64,000 bases of DNA from an uncultured Candidatus Saccharibacteria bacterium (GTDB lineage: Bacteria > Patescibacteriota > Saccharimonadia > Saccharimonadales > AWTP1-31). Location: contig CAZWJA010000004.1 in NCBI GenBank assembly GCA_964634445.1, forward strand, positions 13,258 to 77,257. The letters are read 5' to 3'. Below, in pieces: positions 1 through 10,144 of this stretch. The translations under genes and the position numbers were made by a program. The first letter of the stretch is position 1. Each line of letters opens with the position of its first letter. The notes beneath the pieces are model-generated. The model was given only the letters and a program-made list of their open reading frames with translations. It searched no databases and had not been told where the DNA came from.

Positions 1-702
1 AGTAATCACCACACCCTTTAACCGTTTTATCGGAATAGGTAGGATCATAATTACACCTAATTCTTTTAAGTGGGTAATATTGTGCCGCTTGCTGAATATG
101 AAATCATCGGCTGCATTTCCCCATTTTGCTTTATCCAGATAGATAAATTCTATATCCCTAGTTTCAAAATCACTTGGACGAAGTTTTTTATATTTGCTAA
201 TTAGATTCTTTTGGTATTGCTTGCTTTCGCAGAACCGGATAGCAGCATAAATTTCACAAATATTTTCCCGCTTTAAAATAGAGTCGATTGATTTGTAGCC
301 AAGTATCTTCATAACCTTCTTAGGAGGCGATGCTTTTAGCATTTTCTTTGCCACGCTCTGTTTCATAGTCCAGCATGATTTGTTAATAGCAAGGTTTTCA
401 AGCGTCCGGCTAATGCATTTCAGTTGATCATCGAGTGCTTCATTTGATCCCGTGCCAATAGCTTGGGCTAGATATTTATCATGCAGAGATACCATGGCCT
501 GTAGTGCATGGTAGAGTTCAATTCCAGTCGTATCTTTCGGGTCTAATGCCAATTCTTTAATCTTGTTTAAAACAATCGCTGAAATATCTGATACCAAATT
601 AATATCTACGGCATTATGTCCGCTTAGTTTTTCAAGTTCACTAAGTCCAAAACTAAATTTTGGCTCGCTAGCGTTTAATAGCGTAGATAAAATCTGACTC
701 AT
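1..702 (-). CDS. hypothetical protein (C-terminus cut by window edge)
   Basis: Minus-strand frame open from ATG at 702-700 (MSQILSTLLNASEPKF...) to position 1. Absent from the track because it has no stop inside the window. Starts 4 nt after the stop of the upstream kinase gene. No motif recognised. Confidence 0.6.
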   Translation of the reverse strand, partial: MSQILSTLLNASEPKFSFGLSELEKLSGHNAVDINLVSDISAIVLNKIKELALDPKDTTGIELYHALQAMVSLHDKYLAQAIGTGSNEALDDQLKCISRTLENLAINKSCWTMKQSVAKKMLKASPPKKVMKILGYKSIDSILKRENICEIYAAIRFCESKQYQKNLISKYKKLRPSDFETRDIEFIYLDKAKWGNAADDFIFSKRHNITHLKELGVIMILPIPIKRLKGVVIT

Positions 703-706
703 AAGA

Positions 707-1711
707 TTACTTTAACGGTTCAGCTCTATACCAGCGCGGTGAATTCTGTAATAGCGTATTTAATTGACGCTGGGTTAGCAAACCTTTTTGGGCCCCAACA
801 TGCTGAACGACACTCATCGAGTTAATTGGTCCCCACTGCAAGGCACCCTCTATGTCGCTGCCATTGATTAAAGCGGCGACAAAAGTTGAAGTAAAAGCAT
901 CCCCAGCACCTGTTCGCTCATATGGTGGTGACGGATCGGGATAGATCGGCATCTTTAACCGCTGAGTTCCGTCAGAAGCGTAAGCACCGTCAGGTCCGTC
1001 ACTAATGACGACTATTTTTGGTCCAAGACTATGAAGCTTATCGAAAAGCCCGTGTATGTCTTTATAATCACCTCCAGAAATAGCTACTGCTTCTTCACGG
1101 TTGACAGCTAGGACTTCTGTATTGGCATACATTTTAGCCAATCGTTTAGTGCCCAGTTCTATCTGAAATGTCCCTGGTTGGAAAGCCAGTTTTACTTCAG
1201 GATGTTTCTCTAGCCAATCAGCCATTTCATCGTGGAAGCCTTCGGCGTTTTTGGATATCGAACTGAAATATATCCATTTCGGCATTTCATCCGGACGCAA
1301 ATGAGGCCAATGGTAATTGTATTCTTCGTGCTTGATTAGAATCGTCCGCTCGTCCTTGTACCAAAGTACATAATGATAATTGCTAATTTTGCCAGGATTA
1401 ACTTTCATGAGTCTAGTGTCGACTTTGTTTTTTTCCAGGGCTACAAGCATATCCCGCCCATGCTGGTCGTGTCCGACATTCGCGTGGAGTGCGCTCTTAA
1501 GTCCCAGTTTAGCAAAAGCTACACTTGCATTTGCAGCATTACCAACTGATTCGATAACTTCAGCATGATCGAATGGGACTTTTGAACCGAACGGCATTGT
1601 CAGCCACTTGCCCTTTGAATCTTTACTGGCGACAGCTTGATTGTCTAATAGCTTAATAAAGGCGTCTGTTACGATATCTCCTACCGATAATACGTCTATT
1701 TCCTGTGCCAT
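707..1711 (-). CDS. PfkB-family carbohydrate kinase (ribokinase-like); substrate unassigned
   Basis: 334-aa ORF with the C-terminal PfkB signature TGAGDAFTSTFVAAL. SD AAGGTGGA lies upstream of the ATG. Confidence 0.8.
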   Translation of the reverse strand: MAQEIDVLSVGDIVTDAFIKLLDNQAVASKDSKGKWLTMPFGSKVPFDHAEVIESVGNAANASVAFAKLGLKSALHANVGHDQHGRDMLVALEKNKVDTRLMKVNPGKISNYHYVLWYKDERTILIKHEEYNYHWPHLRPDEMPKWIYFSSISKNAEGFHDEMADWLEKHPEVKLAFQPGTFQIELGTKRLAKMYANTEVLAVNREEAVAISGGDYKDIHGLFDKLHSLGPKIVVISDGPDGAYASDGTQRLKMPIYPDPSPPYERTGAGDAFTSTFVAALINGSDIEGALQWGPINSMSVVQHVGAQKGLLTQRQLNTLLQNSPRWYRAEPLK

Positions 1712-1792
1712 CTGAAAAGTTCCACCTTTTTTTATTTTACTTATGCTTATTGTACACTGTTTTAACGGTTTTTAACCAACTGATTTACAAAT

Positions 1793-2707
1793 TTAACTCG
1801 GCTTTGCCCGACCTTCAGAATTAAAGGCTTTTATTTTCGATTCGACAACTTGTTGGACCTCATCAATGACGTCGTCCATCAGCTTAATTACAGCAAACTC
1901 AGTTTTGTTTTCCTTTAATACTCTCTCAAGCGTCGTCCGGTAAGCAACCCGCATATCCGAATTAATATTAATCTTGCTGACGCCGATCTTAACTGCGTCC
2001 TCGAAATAATGGAGCGGCGTACCGCTGCCGCCGTGCAGCGAGATATTGCAGTCAACGGCATCCCGAATAGACTGCAGCAACTTTAAATCCAACCGCTTAG
2101 GAACCGGGTATGAGCCGTGCAGATTGCCGACAGCAGCCGCATATGTATCTATTCCGGTCGCATCGACAAATGCTTTTGCAGATTCTGGCGTACTAAAAGT
2201 CTTCTTAATCTCATTGTAGTCAAATGCCTTGGTAAATTTATTAGATCCACCGCCGAAATAATGGGGTTCGCTTTCTACTAGTGCTCCGGTTTTCTTAGCG
2301 TATTCGACAATTTCCTTGGTCCCGTTAATTATGTCTTCTTCGCTAGCGTTGTGGTTGGCTTGGGATATGTCAATATGAATAAATTCAAAACCGGCATCGA
2401 TGCCAGCTTTGGCTGCTTCAAGTGTAGGGCTATGATCCAGGTTGATATACATTTCAATTGCAAACTGTTGTTTGTAGTTGTCGACCAGATCGCGTACATT
2501 TTCCAGTCCCAGAAGTTCAACTTCACCTTGGCTGACTTCAACCATCAGGGGGGCATTCATTTTAGCTGCCGCTCGGGCTACGGCAATAAGTGTTTCCTGA
2601 TTGTCTAAGTTAAAAGCTCCGAGTGCATATTGCCCAGCCCTGGCTCTTTTCATCGCTGCCCTAGCATCGGCGCAGTATTTTTGTATTTGAGATAAGGTTG
2701 GCGGCAT
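1793..2707 (-). CDS. fba: class II fructose-bisphosphate aldolase
   Basis: 304 aa with class II aldolase motifs NLDHS, GNLHG and LHGGSG. SD GAGGG lies before the ATG. Confidence 0.85.
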   Translation of the reverse strand: MPPTLSQIQKYCADARAAMKRARAGQYALGAFNLDNQETLIAVARAAAKMNAPLMVEVSQGEVELLGLENVRDLVDNYKQQFAIEMYINLDHSPTLEAAKAGIDAGFEFIHIDISQANHNASEEDIINGTKEIVEYAKKTGALVESEPHYFGGGSNKFTKAFDYNEIKKTFSTPESAKAFVDATGIDTYAAAVGNLHGSYPVPKRLDLKLLQSIRDAVDCNISLHGGSGTPLHYFEDAVKIGVSKININSDMRVAYRTTLERVLKENKTEFAVIKLMDDVIDEVQQVVESKIKAFNSEGRAKPS

Positions 2708-2801
2708 ATGTTTCCCTCTAGAGTTTCTATTTATTTACTTATGTTGCTTATGTTATAGAATAACATATACTATAAGGGTAGATTAAATAAAACAAACAAG
2801 T

Positions 2802-3446
2802 TTGGAGACTCCATATAGCATGAGAACGGAAAGCAGAACCTACCGCTTCAAGCAAGCTTTCTTCTGGTTCTTACCGACTGGAATTGAATTGTCGCTATAC
2901 GTTTTTATTACCGGTCTGACCATAGTTTTAAGCAGTCTTGACCAGGTTAAATCTGCTTTATTCGTTACCGGCGATTTAAATCCGATTCGACTAGGTATTG
3001 AATCTATTGATATACTCTTGCAAAATTTTGTTGGCGAGCGGGTAGCCGGCTCTTTGTCTCTAGCAATCTTCTGGGGCTCAGTCGGACTAATCGTAAATCT
3101 TATTTGGTGGCTGGGGTCAAACTTCTCAACTGAACTCAGTAATGACCTGGTTTTTAGCAAATACGTGCACCCAAAAGACACCGATCCGAAGTCGCAGTTA
3201 TATGCTTTCATAGAGCGGACAGTACTTAGAACAATAATAGCTATTATTGGAATATTGTTTTTAAACTTCTTTATCCAGCAAGGTCTGCCCCATACGACGA
3301 CTAACTACGCTCGGGTAATATCTGAATGGAACCGTGAAAAACTCTTCGGTTTGGCGATCGTAACCATACTTTTGGAGATATTAATGCTCCACTTCTTTGT
3401 TATTTTAGCTCGATTAATTTTGCTGAAGAAGCAAATATTCGAATAG
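2802..3446 (+). CDS. polytopic membrane protein, unknown function
   Basis: 214-aa ORF with several hydrophobic segments. The track start is TTG at 2802; the first ATG at 2820 is an alternative start. Confidence 0.55.
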   Translation: METPYSMRTESRTYRFKQAFFWFLPTGIELSLYVFITGLTIVLSSLDQVKSALFVTGDLNPIRLGIESIDILLQNFVGERVAGSLSLAIFWGSVGLIVNLIWWLGSNFSTELSNDLVFSKYVHPKDTDPKSQLYAFIERTVLRTIIAIIGILFLNFFIQQGLPHTTTNYARVISEWNREKLFGLAIVTILLEILMLHFFVILARLILLKKQIFE

Positions 3447-3494
3447 TTACTTATCTTAATAAGACATCTACACACTTTTTCAAGTATTAGCTGA

Positions 3495-4481
3495 TTAGCT
3501 TTCTTTTTCTAAAACCATATGATGCGCCGTCATTGCAATATGCTTCGCTGTTAGACCGAAATGTTCTAACAGTTCTTCCGGTTTGCCAGATTCGCCAAAG
3601 CGGTCCTTCATGCCGATCCTAATAAGTTTAGTTGGCTCATGTTCGCTTAATAGTTCAGAAATTGCTCCGCCAAGTCCTCCAACAATCTGGGCTTCTTCTA
3701 CAGTTATAACTGCACCAGTTTTTTTAGCACTGGCAATAATGGTAGTCGCATCAAGCGGCTTAATTGTCGGGACATGTAGAACTTCAGCACTGACCTTGTC
3801 TTTTGCCAGCATGTCAGCAGCAGCTAGAGCTTGATATGTCATCGTACCCGTCGCAATTATTGTCACGTCGTTGCCTTCAATATATTTGTAAGCTTTACCG
3901 ATTTCAAACGGTGTTTTTTCGGTTGTAATAATTGGTGTTGCTTCGCGGGCTAAGCGGATATAGGCTGGGCGCTTGTCTTTGGCTAAAGCAAGCGTTGCCC
4001 GTTCAGCTTCAGGTCCGTCGGCAGGAGCAATTACGACCATGTTAGGCAACACCCTCATAAGAGCAATATCTTCCAGCATCTGGTGGGTAGCTCCGTCAGC
4101 CCCTACCGATACGCCGGCATGTGATCCGACTATACGAACCGGCCTGTCGTTCAAGCATATGGTAGTTCTAATTTGTTCCCAGTTTCGACCTGGACTAAAA
4201 GCTGCGTACGAGCTAACAAAAGGTATCTTACCCATGGCAGACAAACCAGCCCCGACCGTAACTAGGTTCTGTTCGGCCACACCTATCTCTATAAACCGGT
4301 CCGGAAATTCAGCTTTAAACAAGCTCATTTGTGTCGAATCGGTTAGGTCGGCGCAGGCAGCAACGACATTTTTGTCTTCTTTTCCAGCTTGAAGCAGTCC
4401 GCGCCCGAAACCTTTCCGAATTGGTTCAGCATCGAACTTATGAGACGACCATTTAGTAGTAACCAGATTTAGATCACTCAT
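3495..4481 (-). CDS. transketolase, C-terminal (pyrimidine-binding) subunit
   Basis: Split-transketolase C-half layout (ACADLTDSTQM..., EQNLVTVGAGLS, GATHQMLEDIA). I place the start at ATG 4481 (MSDLNLV), which gives the 8-nt ATGAGTGA overlap with the upstream subunit. The track start at 4520 looks like an over-extension. Confidence 0.85.
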   Translation of the reverse strand: MSDLNLVTTKWSSHKFDAEPIRKGFGRGLLQAGKEDKNVVAACADLTDSTQMSLFKAEFPDRFIEIGVAEQNLVTVGAGLSAMGKIPFVSSYAAFSPGRNWEQIRTTICLNDRPVRIVGSHAGVSVGADGATHQMLEDIALMRVLPNMVVIAPADGPEAERATLALAKDKRPAYIRLAREATPIITTEKTPFEIGKAYKYIEGNDVTIIATGTMTYQALAAADMLAKDKVSAEVLHVPTIKPLDATTIIASAKKTGAVITVEEAQIVGGLGGAISELLSEHEPTKLIRIGMKDRFGESGKPEELLEHFGLTAKHIAMTAHHMVLEKES

Positions 4482-5325
4482 GCTCACTCCTGATCTTGCC
4501 TTGCAGGGTTCTAAGCTCATGCAGGGCTAGTTTCGCCTGCTCGTGATTAGGCGGCATTCCATGCCAATGAAAATCATATTCCATAAAGTCTACGCCCTTG
4601 CCGGGTATAGTATGAGCAATCAGCATAACTGGCTTATTTACAACTGCTCTAGCCATAGCGCAAGCATCAATTACAGCTTCAATATTGTTGCCGTCGACTT
4701 CAATTACATGCCAGCCGAACGCTTCCCATTTGGCGCTTAAATCTTCCAAGGGCATAACAGATTCTGTTGGGCCATCTATCTGAATATTGTTCCGGTCAAT
4801 GATGCCAATAACATTGTTGAGCTTGTATTTGCCAGCTAACATAGCAGCCTCCCATACGTTGCCCTCGTCAAGCTCGCCGTCGCCAAGTACGACATATACC
4901 CAACGGTGATGCTGATCATCCATCCTCATGGCCAGCGCTATACCGGCGGCTTGGCTTAGTCCGCTACCCAAAGGTCCGCTAGTTGTTTCAAGACCTGGCA
5001 AGCGTGTTCGTTCTGGATGACCTTGCAATCTAGATCCGTATAGGCGAAGGGTTGAAAGCTCATCTCGGTCAAAATAACCGGCATGTGCCATAGTTGCGTA
5101 TCTAACCGGTACGCAGTGACCGTTACTTAGGATTAATATATCGCGTTCGTCCCAATCAGGCTTCTTCGGGTCATGTTTTAAAATGTCAAAGTATAGAGCT
5201 GTAAAAATATCTGCTAGCCCTAATGGTCCAGCGCTGTGGCCTGAGCCGGCATGCTCGAGCATCTTGATAATATCCTCACGGATTTTGACAGCGATTATTT
5301 CCAGTTCTTCTATTGGTTTACTCAT
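4474..5325 (-). CDS. transketolase, N-terminal (thiamine-diphosphate-binding) subunit
   Basis: 283 aa with GHSAGPLGLADI and the TPP motif GDGELDEGNVWEA. Confidence 0.85.
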   Translation of the reverse strand: MSKPIEELEIIAVKIREDIIKMLEHAGSGHSAGPLGLADIFTALYFDILKHDPKKPDWDERDILILSNGHCVPVRYATMAHAGYFDRDELSTLRLYGSRLQGHPERTRLPGLETTSGPLGSGLSQAAGIALAMRMDDQHHRWVYVVLGDGELDEGNVWEAAMLAGKYKLNNVIGIIDRNNIQIDGPTESVMPLEDLSAKWEAFGWHVIEVDGNNIEAVIDACAMARAVVNKPVMLIAHTIPGKGVDFMEYDFHWHGMPPNHEQAKLALHELRTLQGKIRSEHE

Positions 5326-5969
5326 ATAACTAATGACTTAAGTTTATCATAAGCAGCATGTGGGTTATCCGCACGTTGGATACCACCGCCGACATTTAAA
5401 ACATCTATCCCGCCTTTGCTTAGCAAGTCTGCATTATCAAAATTTATACCTCCATCCCAGCCAATCTCAATATCCTTGTTTAGTTTTTTAATCTGTTTAA
5501 CCTTTTCAAGTAGTCTTAAGTCAGCATGTCCGCCGAAATGGCCAAGGTCGCCGCTAAAGATTAATACATGACTAATATCTTTAATTGCAGTTTTAATTTT
5601 TTTGACTTCAGTATGCTGTAAGATTGAAACTCCAACCCGAATACCATGTTTGTTTAGTTTTCGAGCTATATCATAGAAGTTTCCAACCGCCTCAGCTTGG
5701 ACAATTAGCATATGTGGGCGGAGTTCGATAATCTTGTCCATAAATGGTAGAACCGTTTCATACATCATATGCACGTCTACTGTTAGACCTGCCGGCCACC
5801 AAACTTGGTCAAGATCAATTAATTTGTTATCCGTAAATACTCCGTCAGCCAGATCAATATGTATCCTGTGGGCAAAACCGGCTATTCTTTCCATCTGAGC
5901 TCTGTATTCATGAGGTTCAGTTGCAGTTATTGTCGGACAAATTGTCGTTTTAGTCTTCATGGTTGACAT
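5322..5969 (-). CDS. divergent ribulose-phosphate 3-epimerase-like barrel protein
   Basis: 215 aa. ICPTI...HIDLADGVF...VDVHMM follows the Rpe layout (SILSAD...H.D.MDG.F...DVHLM) but is divergent. Sits between transketolase and rpiB. Confidence 0.55.
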   Translation of the reverse strand: MSTMKTKTTICPTITATEPHEYRAQMERIAGFAHRIHIDLADGVFTDNKLIDLDQVWWPAGLTVDVHMMYETVLPFMDKIIELRPHMLIVQAEAVGNFYDIARKLNKHGIRVGVSILQHTEVKKIKTAIKDISHVLIFSGDLGHFGGHADLRLLEKVKQIKKLNKDIEIGWDGGINFDNADLLSKGGIDVLNVGGGIQRADNPHAAYDKLKSLVI

Positions 5970-6678
5970 ATTTCCTTACCACTTCGTTTAACTGTGTTTT
6001 ATCTATATCGCTGTATAACTTTGGATTTTCGTCGCTGTAAGTTGCAAATGTCGGGCATTTGGACGTGTCTGCCTTCAGTTCATTACTACCCTGGAGCGTA
6101 CCAGTTTTTGCGTCGTACACCTTAAAGGTATAGTCAGCATTATATAACGGCAGCGATACTACATTGCCGGAAGTGTTGGTAAACTGGCAATTATTACCAC
6201 TCTTTTGCTCCTTTATTAAATGAATACAGCCGACTAGCTGGGTAGATAAGTAATCATCTGATTTTGCTTGCCAGCCGCTGTCGGATAAGGTGATATTAGG
6301 AACTGAATACTCGTTCTTATTATTGACGTCGTCTTTCATTAAAACAATCGGATGAGGATTATCACCGCTGTAACTACCGACATTTTCGATCTGCTTGTCT
6401 TTACAGACATTGGCAAAATCATTTATCGAAGTTGCTTTAGTCGCATTACTTTGCACAATTACCGGATCAGGTTTTGGTGCTTTACGATTCAACCTAGCAA
6501 TTACTACAAAAAATATTGCTGCAGTTGCTAGAACTAGAAGTGAATACCAGATTATGTAATCATAATTCTTTTTCCTCACTTCAGGTTTTGTAGACTGATT
6601 CAACTGTGTATTTGGGGCATTTCCAGTAACTGAACTTTCTGCTACGGGCTTTTGGTCGTTAGATTCAATAGAATTCAT
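5950..6678 (-). CDS. single-pass membrane-anchored protein with Cys-containing external domain, unknown function
   Basis: 242 aa with one hydrophobic helix (YSLLVLATAAIFFVVIA) and four Cys in the C-terminal domain. Its 3' end overlaps the rpe-like start by 20 nt. Confidence 0.55.
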   Translation of the reverse strand: MNSIESNDQKPVAESSVTGNAPNTQLNQSTKPEVRKKNYDYIIWYSLLVLATAAIFFVVIARLNRKAPKPDPVIVQSNATKATSINDFANVCKDKQIENVGSYSGDNPHPIVLMKDDVNNKNEYSVPNITLSDSGWQAKSDDYLSTQLVGCIHLIKEQKSGNNCQFTNTSGNVVSLPLYNADYTFKVYDAKTGTLQGSNELKADTSKCPTFATYSDENPKLYSDIDKTQLNEVVRKYVNHED

Positions 6679-6697
6679 AAAAAAGTGAATTTGTTAA

Positions 6698-7159
6698 TTA
6701 AATAAACTGTTTGCTTACTAACTCATCCATCTCATTGTTGCGCCTAATAAACCTCGGAGCTGCCGCAAATGGAGTGCTGAGCCATGTTTGGACAATTATA
6801 TTAGTTTCATCTTTTTGCAGTACTTTAGCCGGCAGGCACAAGACATTGGAATCGTCGTCATTTCGGGCGCTTCTAACAGACTCGCGGTCGTATCCTAAGC
6901 AAGCTCGTATACCTTTGAATCGGTTAGCAGCCATGCACATACCCTGCCCGCTGCCGCAAATTAAAATTCCTCTTGATTCAGGATCGCCACTATTTAGCAT
7001 GTCGGCAACTACCTTGGCTGCGAATATAGGGTAATCGTCTTCGGGTTTAAGTACGGTATCCCCGTCGTCCTGAACCTCGTAACCGGCACTTTTCAAATAC
7101 GTCACCAATTGGTTTTTTAGATGAAACCCGTTGTGGTCGGCGCCGATATATATTTTCAT
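6698..7159 (-). CDS. rpiB: ribose-5-phosphate isomerase B
   Basis: MKIYIGADHNGF... and CGSGQGMCMAANRFKGIRA are RpiB/LacAB motifs. Start set at ATG 7159, giving an ATGA overlap with the gap stop. The track start at 7219 runs into gap. Confidence 0.85.
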   Translation of the reverse strand: MKIYIGADHNGFHLKNQLVTYLKSAGYEVQDDGDTVLKPEDDYPIFAAKVVADMLNSGDPESRGILICGSGQGMCMAANRFKGIRACLGYDRESVRSARNDDDSNVLCLPAKVLQKDETNIIVQTWLSTPFAAAPRFIRRNNEMDELVSKQFI

Positions 7160-8178
7160 TTCTGCAACTGTTTGCCAGCTTCTGCAACCATTTCTACCAG
7201 CCGGTTGCTGTAGCCCCATTCATTATCGTACCAAGCGACAACTTTAAGCATATTACCACCGACTACGGCAGTTAGCTTTAGATCTACAATAGCCGAGTGG
7301 CTGTTGCCAATAAAGTCGCTGCTGACAAGTTCTTCTTCTGTAACATCGAGTATTCCTTGGTAAAACGGTTCTTTGGCGGCGGCTTTGAATACTTCGTTTA
7401 CTTTTTCAACTGTAACCGGCTTTTTAGTGATGATCACAAAATCGCTTAACGAAACCACTGGGGTTGGGACACGTATGCTTAAGCCCCCGAATATTCCTTC
7501 TAGTGCCGGCAGAGCTTTACCGGCAGCCTTACTAGCTCCGGTAGTGGTCGGAACAATGCTTTCGGCTGCATTCCTAGCTTCACGCAGGTCTTTAGCCGGA
7601 GCGTCTTGCAGCTTCTGGCTGGCGGTATAGCTGTGGACGGTAGTCATCATGGCCTTTTCTATTCCGAAATGAGATTCAATTACTCCGGCGACAGGTGTAA
7701 TGCAGTTGGTAGTACAGCTGGCGTTGCTGATAATCTTATGATCAGGTTTTAAGTCTTGCTCATTAACGCCCATGACGTAAGTATCATGGTGGGTATCATC
7801 TTTTTCAGGGGCGCTTAGTACAACCCGTTTTGCACCGGCTTTGATATGGGCTTCGAGCTGTTCATGTTTGGTAAACAGTCCTGTACATTCTACAGCCACA
7901 TCTACGTCTAATTCTTTCCAGGGCAGTTCCAATGGATCTTTGACTGCTAAAACCTTAATTGGCAAACCTTTGACTATAATATTCGTGTCGTCAAATCCGA
8001 CTTCATGCTCATAAAGCCCGTAATTACTGTCATGCTTGAGAAGATGGGCCAGTGTTCTGGTATCTGTTAAATCGTTGATGGCAACGATATCTATATCTGC
8101 TCGCTCGAATGCAATTTTAAATGCGTTGCGTCCGATACGGCCGAATCCGTTGATTGCTATTCGTGTCTTCATGCTCAC
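7156..8178 (-). CDS. gap: glyceraldehyde-3-phosphate dehydrogenase
   Basis: INGFGRIGR NAD-binding motif and the catalytic SNASCTTNC. 340 aa. Confidence 0.92.
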   Translation of the reverse strand: MSMKTRIAINGFGRIGRNAFKIAFERADIDIVAINDLTDTRTLAHLLKHDSNYGLYEHEVGFDDTNIIVKGLPIKVLAVKDPLELPWKELDVDVAVECTGLFTKHEQLEAHIKAGAKRVVLSAPEKDDTHHDTYVMGVNEQDLKPDHKIISNASCTTNCITPVAGVIESHFGIEKAMMTTVHSYTASQKLQDAPAKDLREARNAAESIVPTTTGASKAAGKALPALEGIFGGLSIRVPTPVVSLSDFVIITKKPVTVEKVNEVFKAAAKEPFYQGILDVTEEELVSSDFIGNSHSAIVDLKLTAVVGGNMLKVVAWYDNEWGYSNRLVEMVAEAGKQLQK

Positions 8179-8240
8179 CCTCCAAGGTAGATATTATTCT
8201 ATATCTATAAGCATAAACGAAATATCACTTGCCAGCAATC

Positions 8241-8837
8241 TTATCTGTCAATAACTTTTCCAGTATATTCTGGCAGAGCCAACAAATCTTCGATAGTCTT
8301 ACATTGTAGAATTAACGGAATCTCATAAACCATTGAATGGTTATTGGTATTCAGGAGCATTTCTCTAAATTCGTCATATGGTTTTTGTAAGACTGTGATT
8401 TTTTCACCGTCACTATCTAAACTCTGCTTAACTTCAGAGATTAAATCTGTTGCTAGAAATAGAGGAACAAAACTTTCTACTTTATGTTGGGGCTGTAGTA
8501 CACTAATGAGTTTCCAATTCTTAAATGTAAATCCCGTTTCTTCTAGTAGTTCTCTTTTGGCGGCCTTGAGCCATGATTCATCTTCAGAATCAACTCGACC
8601 GCCCGGAAAGCCTATTATTGAGTGCCTGTCTGGTTGCTCATCATCTACTAAAATAACTTTGCCATCATTTACAGCTAGAATCAAAACAGTGTCCGACCGT
8701 TTTAGCATTTCAAATGTTTTTTTACTGCCATCAAACATTTCCTGCTGCCATTGGTAGACATCGAATAATACGCCCGAAAACACCTTACCAGCCGAATCAG
8801 GTACTAATATTGCATCCTTCGGCAGTATTTTTTTCAA
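8241..8837 (-). CDS. NUDIX hydrolase
   Basis: Nudix box GGRVDSEDESWLKAAKRELLEETG. Confidence 0.75.
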   Translation of the reverse strand: MKKILPKDAILVPDSAGKVFSGVLFDVYQWQQEMFDGSKKTFEMLKRSDTVLILAVNDGKVILVDDEQPDRHSIIGFPGGRVDSEDESWLKAAKRELLEETGFTFKNWKLISVLQPQHKVESFVPLFLATDLISEVKQSLDSDGEKITVLQKPYDEFREMLLNTNNHSMVYEIPLILQCKTIEDLLALPEYTGKVIDR

Positions 8838-8840
8838 TAC

Positions 8841-9374
8841 TTAAGCCTCTTTGGCCCAGCGGGCTTGACATTCCTTGATAGTTTTCTTAGCTTCCTCTAT
8901 ATCACCCCAGCCTAAGACATGGGTGCTGTCTGGTTTCTTTAGGTCTTTGTAGTGGTTGAAATGGTGCTCAACTTGCCTGATCCATTGTTTAGGCAGACTG
9001 TCGAGCGTAGTTAAGGCATCTCCAGTGTTGCGGTCATCGGCTGGAACGACTACAACTTTATGGTCCATTTCACCGTCGTCTTCAAAATTCATGATACCTA
9101 GTATTCTAACTTCCAAGGTCACACCAGTCGGAATTGGTTCGTCACAGATAATCAGTGCATCCAGTTCGTCTCCGTCTTCGTCTAGAGTCTGCGGGATAAA
9201 GCCGTAGTTGCATGGTTTGGCAAAAATATCAGGTTCAACACGGTCAAGTTCGAAAATGGCTTTCTTACGATTCCACTCTATTTTTAGCTTAGAGCCTTTG
9301 CCGATTTCATTGACGACATTAATTACCCCGTTGTCGACATTTCCTGTTTCTAGTATCTGGTTGAAGTCCGCCAT
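8841..9374 (-). CDS. ppa: inorganic pyrophosphatase (family I)
   Basis: 177 aa with DEDGDELDALI and FEDDGEMDHKVV acidic metal-binding motifs in the family I PPase layout. Confidence 0.85.
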   Translation of the reverse strand: MADFNQILETGNVDNGVINVVNEIGKGSKLKIEWNRKKAIFELDRVEPDIFAKPCNYGFIPQTLDEDGDELDALIICDEPIPTGVTLEVRILGIMNFEDDGEMDHKVVVVPADDRNTGDALTTLDSLPKQWIRQVEHHFNHYKDLKKPDSTHVLGWGDIEEAKKTIKECQARWAKEA

Positions 9375-9442
9375 TTTTATCTCCTTAGGATTAGTACTAT
9401 TCTAGTCTTTTTAATCAGCTATATTGTACACTAAAGATAAAT

Positions 9443-10144
9443 ATGCGCGTAATAGGACATAGAGGGGCGGCAGGACTAGCGGCCGAAAACAGTATTAGTG
9501 CCATTAAAGCAGCCATTGCTGCCGGAGTGGACGCTGTTGAGTTTGATATTCGTTTGTCAAAAGACGGCAAGTTGTTTTTATGTCATGACCCGAGTTTGCA
9601 GCGGACGCATGACGTAGAAGAGCATATTGCCAATCTGACTAGTCATGAAATTAAAAAACTTAAAACTAAAAATGGCGATCACGTACCATCGCTTGAAGAA
9701 GCCTTAAAGACCTGCCATGGAGTCAAAGTCTTTATAGAAGCTAAAGGTAGCGACTGGGCCAATCAGCTAGCTAAAGTGGTTTCAGACCACCCGGATAAGA
9801 GTTCATTCAAAGTTATTTCATTCAATCACCAAGAATTATTCGAGTTTACTGAATATTGTCCAGAGATTCCTTGCTATGTTTTAGAACACCGCAACCCGTT
9901 CGACGCTATTAATGCCGCCCGCTTGTATAACTTTAGCGGTATTGATGTTAACTACTGGACCCTGAATCCTCTGGCCTACCATCTGGCAAGGCGCCATAAT
10001 TTAGATATTGCAGTTTTTACCGTCGATAAGCCCTGGATTGCCAAACTAATGAAGATTTTCTACTCCGACATATGGATTACTACAAATTACCCAAACAAAT
10101 TTCAATTCCTTAGGAGAAAGACAAGCCGCAGGAAGCGAAAATGA
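9443..10144 (+). CDS. glycerophosphodiester phosphodiesterase (GDPD family)
   Basis: HRGAAGLAAENS...EFDIRLSKDGKLFLCHD is the GDPD N-terminal signature. Confidence 0.8.
   Translation: MRVIGHRGAAGLAAENSISAIKAAIAAGVDAVEFDIRLSKDGKLFLCHDPSLQRTHDVEEHIANLTSHEIKKLKTKNGDHVPSLEEALKTCHGVKVFIEAKGSDWANQLAKVVSDHPDKSSFKVISFNHQELFEFTEYCPEIPCYVLEHRNPFDAINAARLYNFSGIDVNYWTLNPLAYHLARRHNLDIAVFTVDKPWIAKLMKIFYSDIWITTNYPNKFQFLRRKTSRRKRK

Noticed and set aside
3495-7219. N-terminal extensions of track ORFs 3495-4520 and 6698-7219 (and of 54399-55694 elsewhere)
   Set aside because: Internal ATGs (4481, 7159, 54513) give family-typical N-termini and the usual short overlaps. The extensions overlap upstream genes or promoter regions and look non-protein-like.
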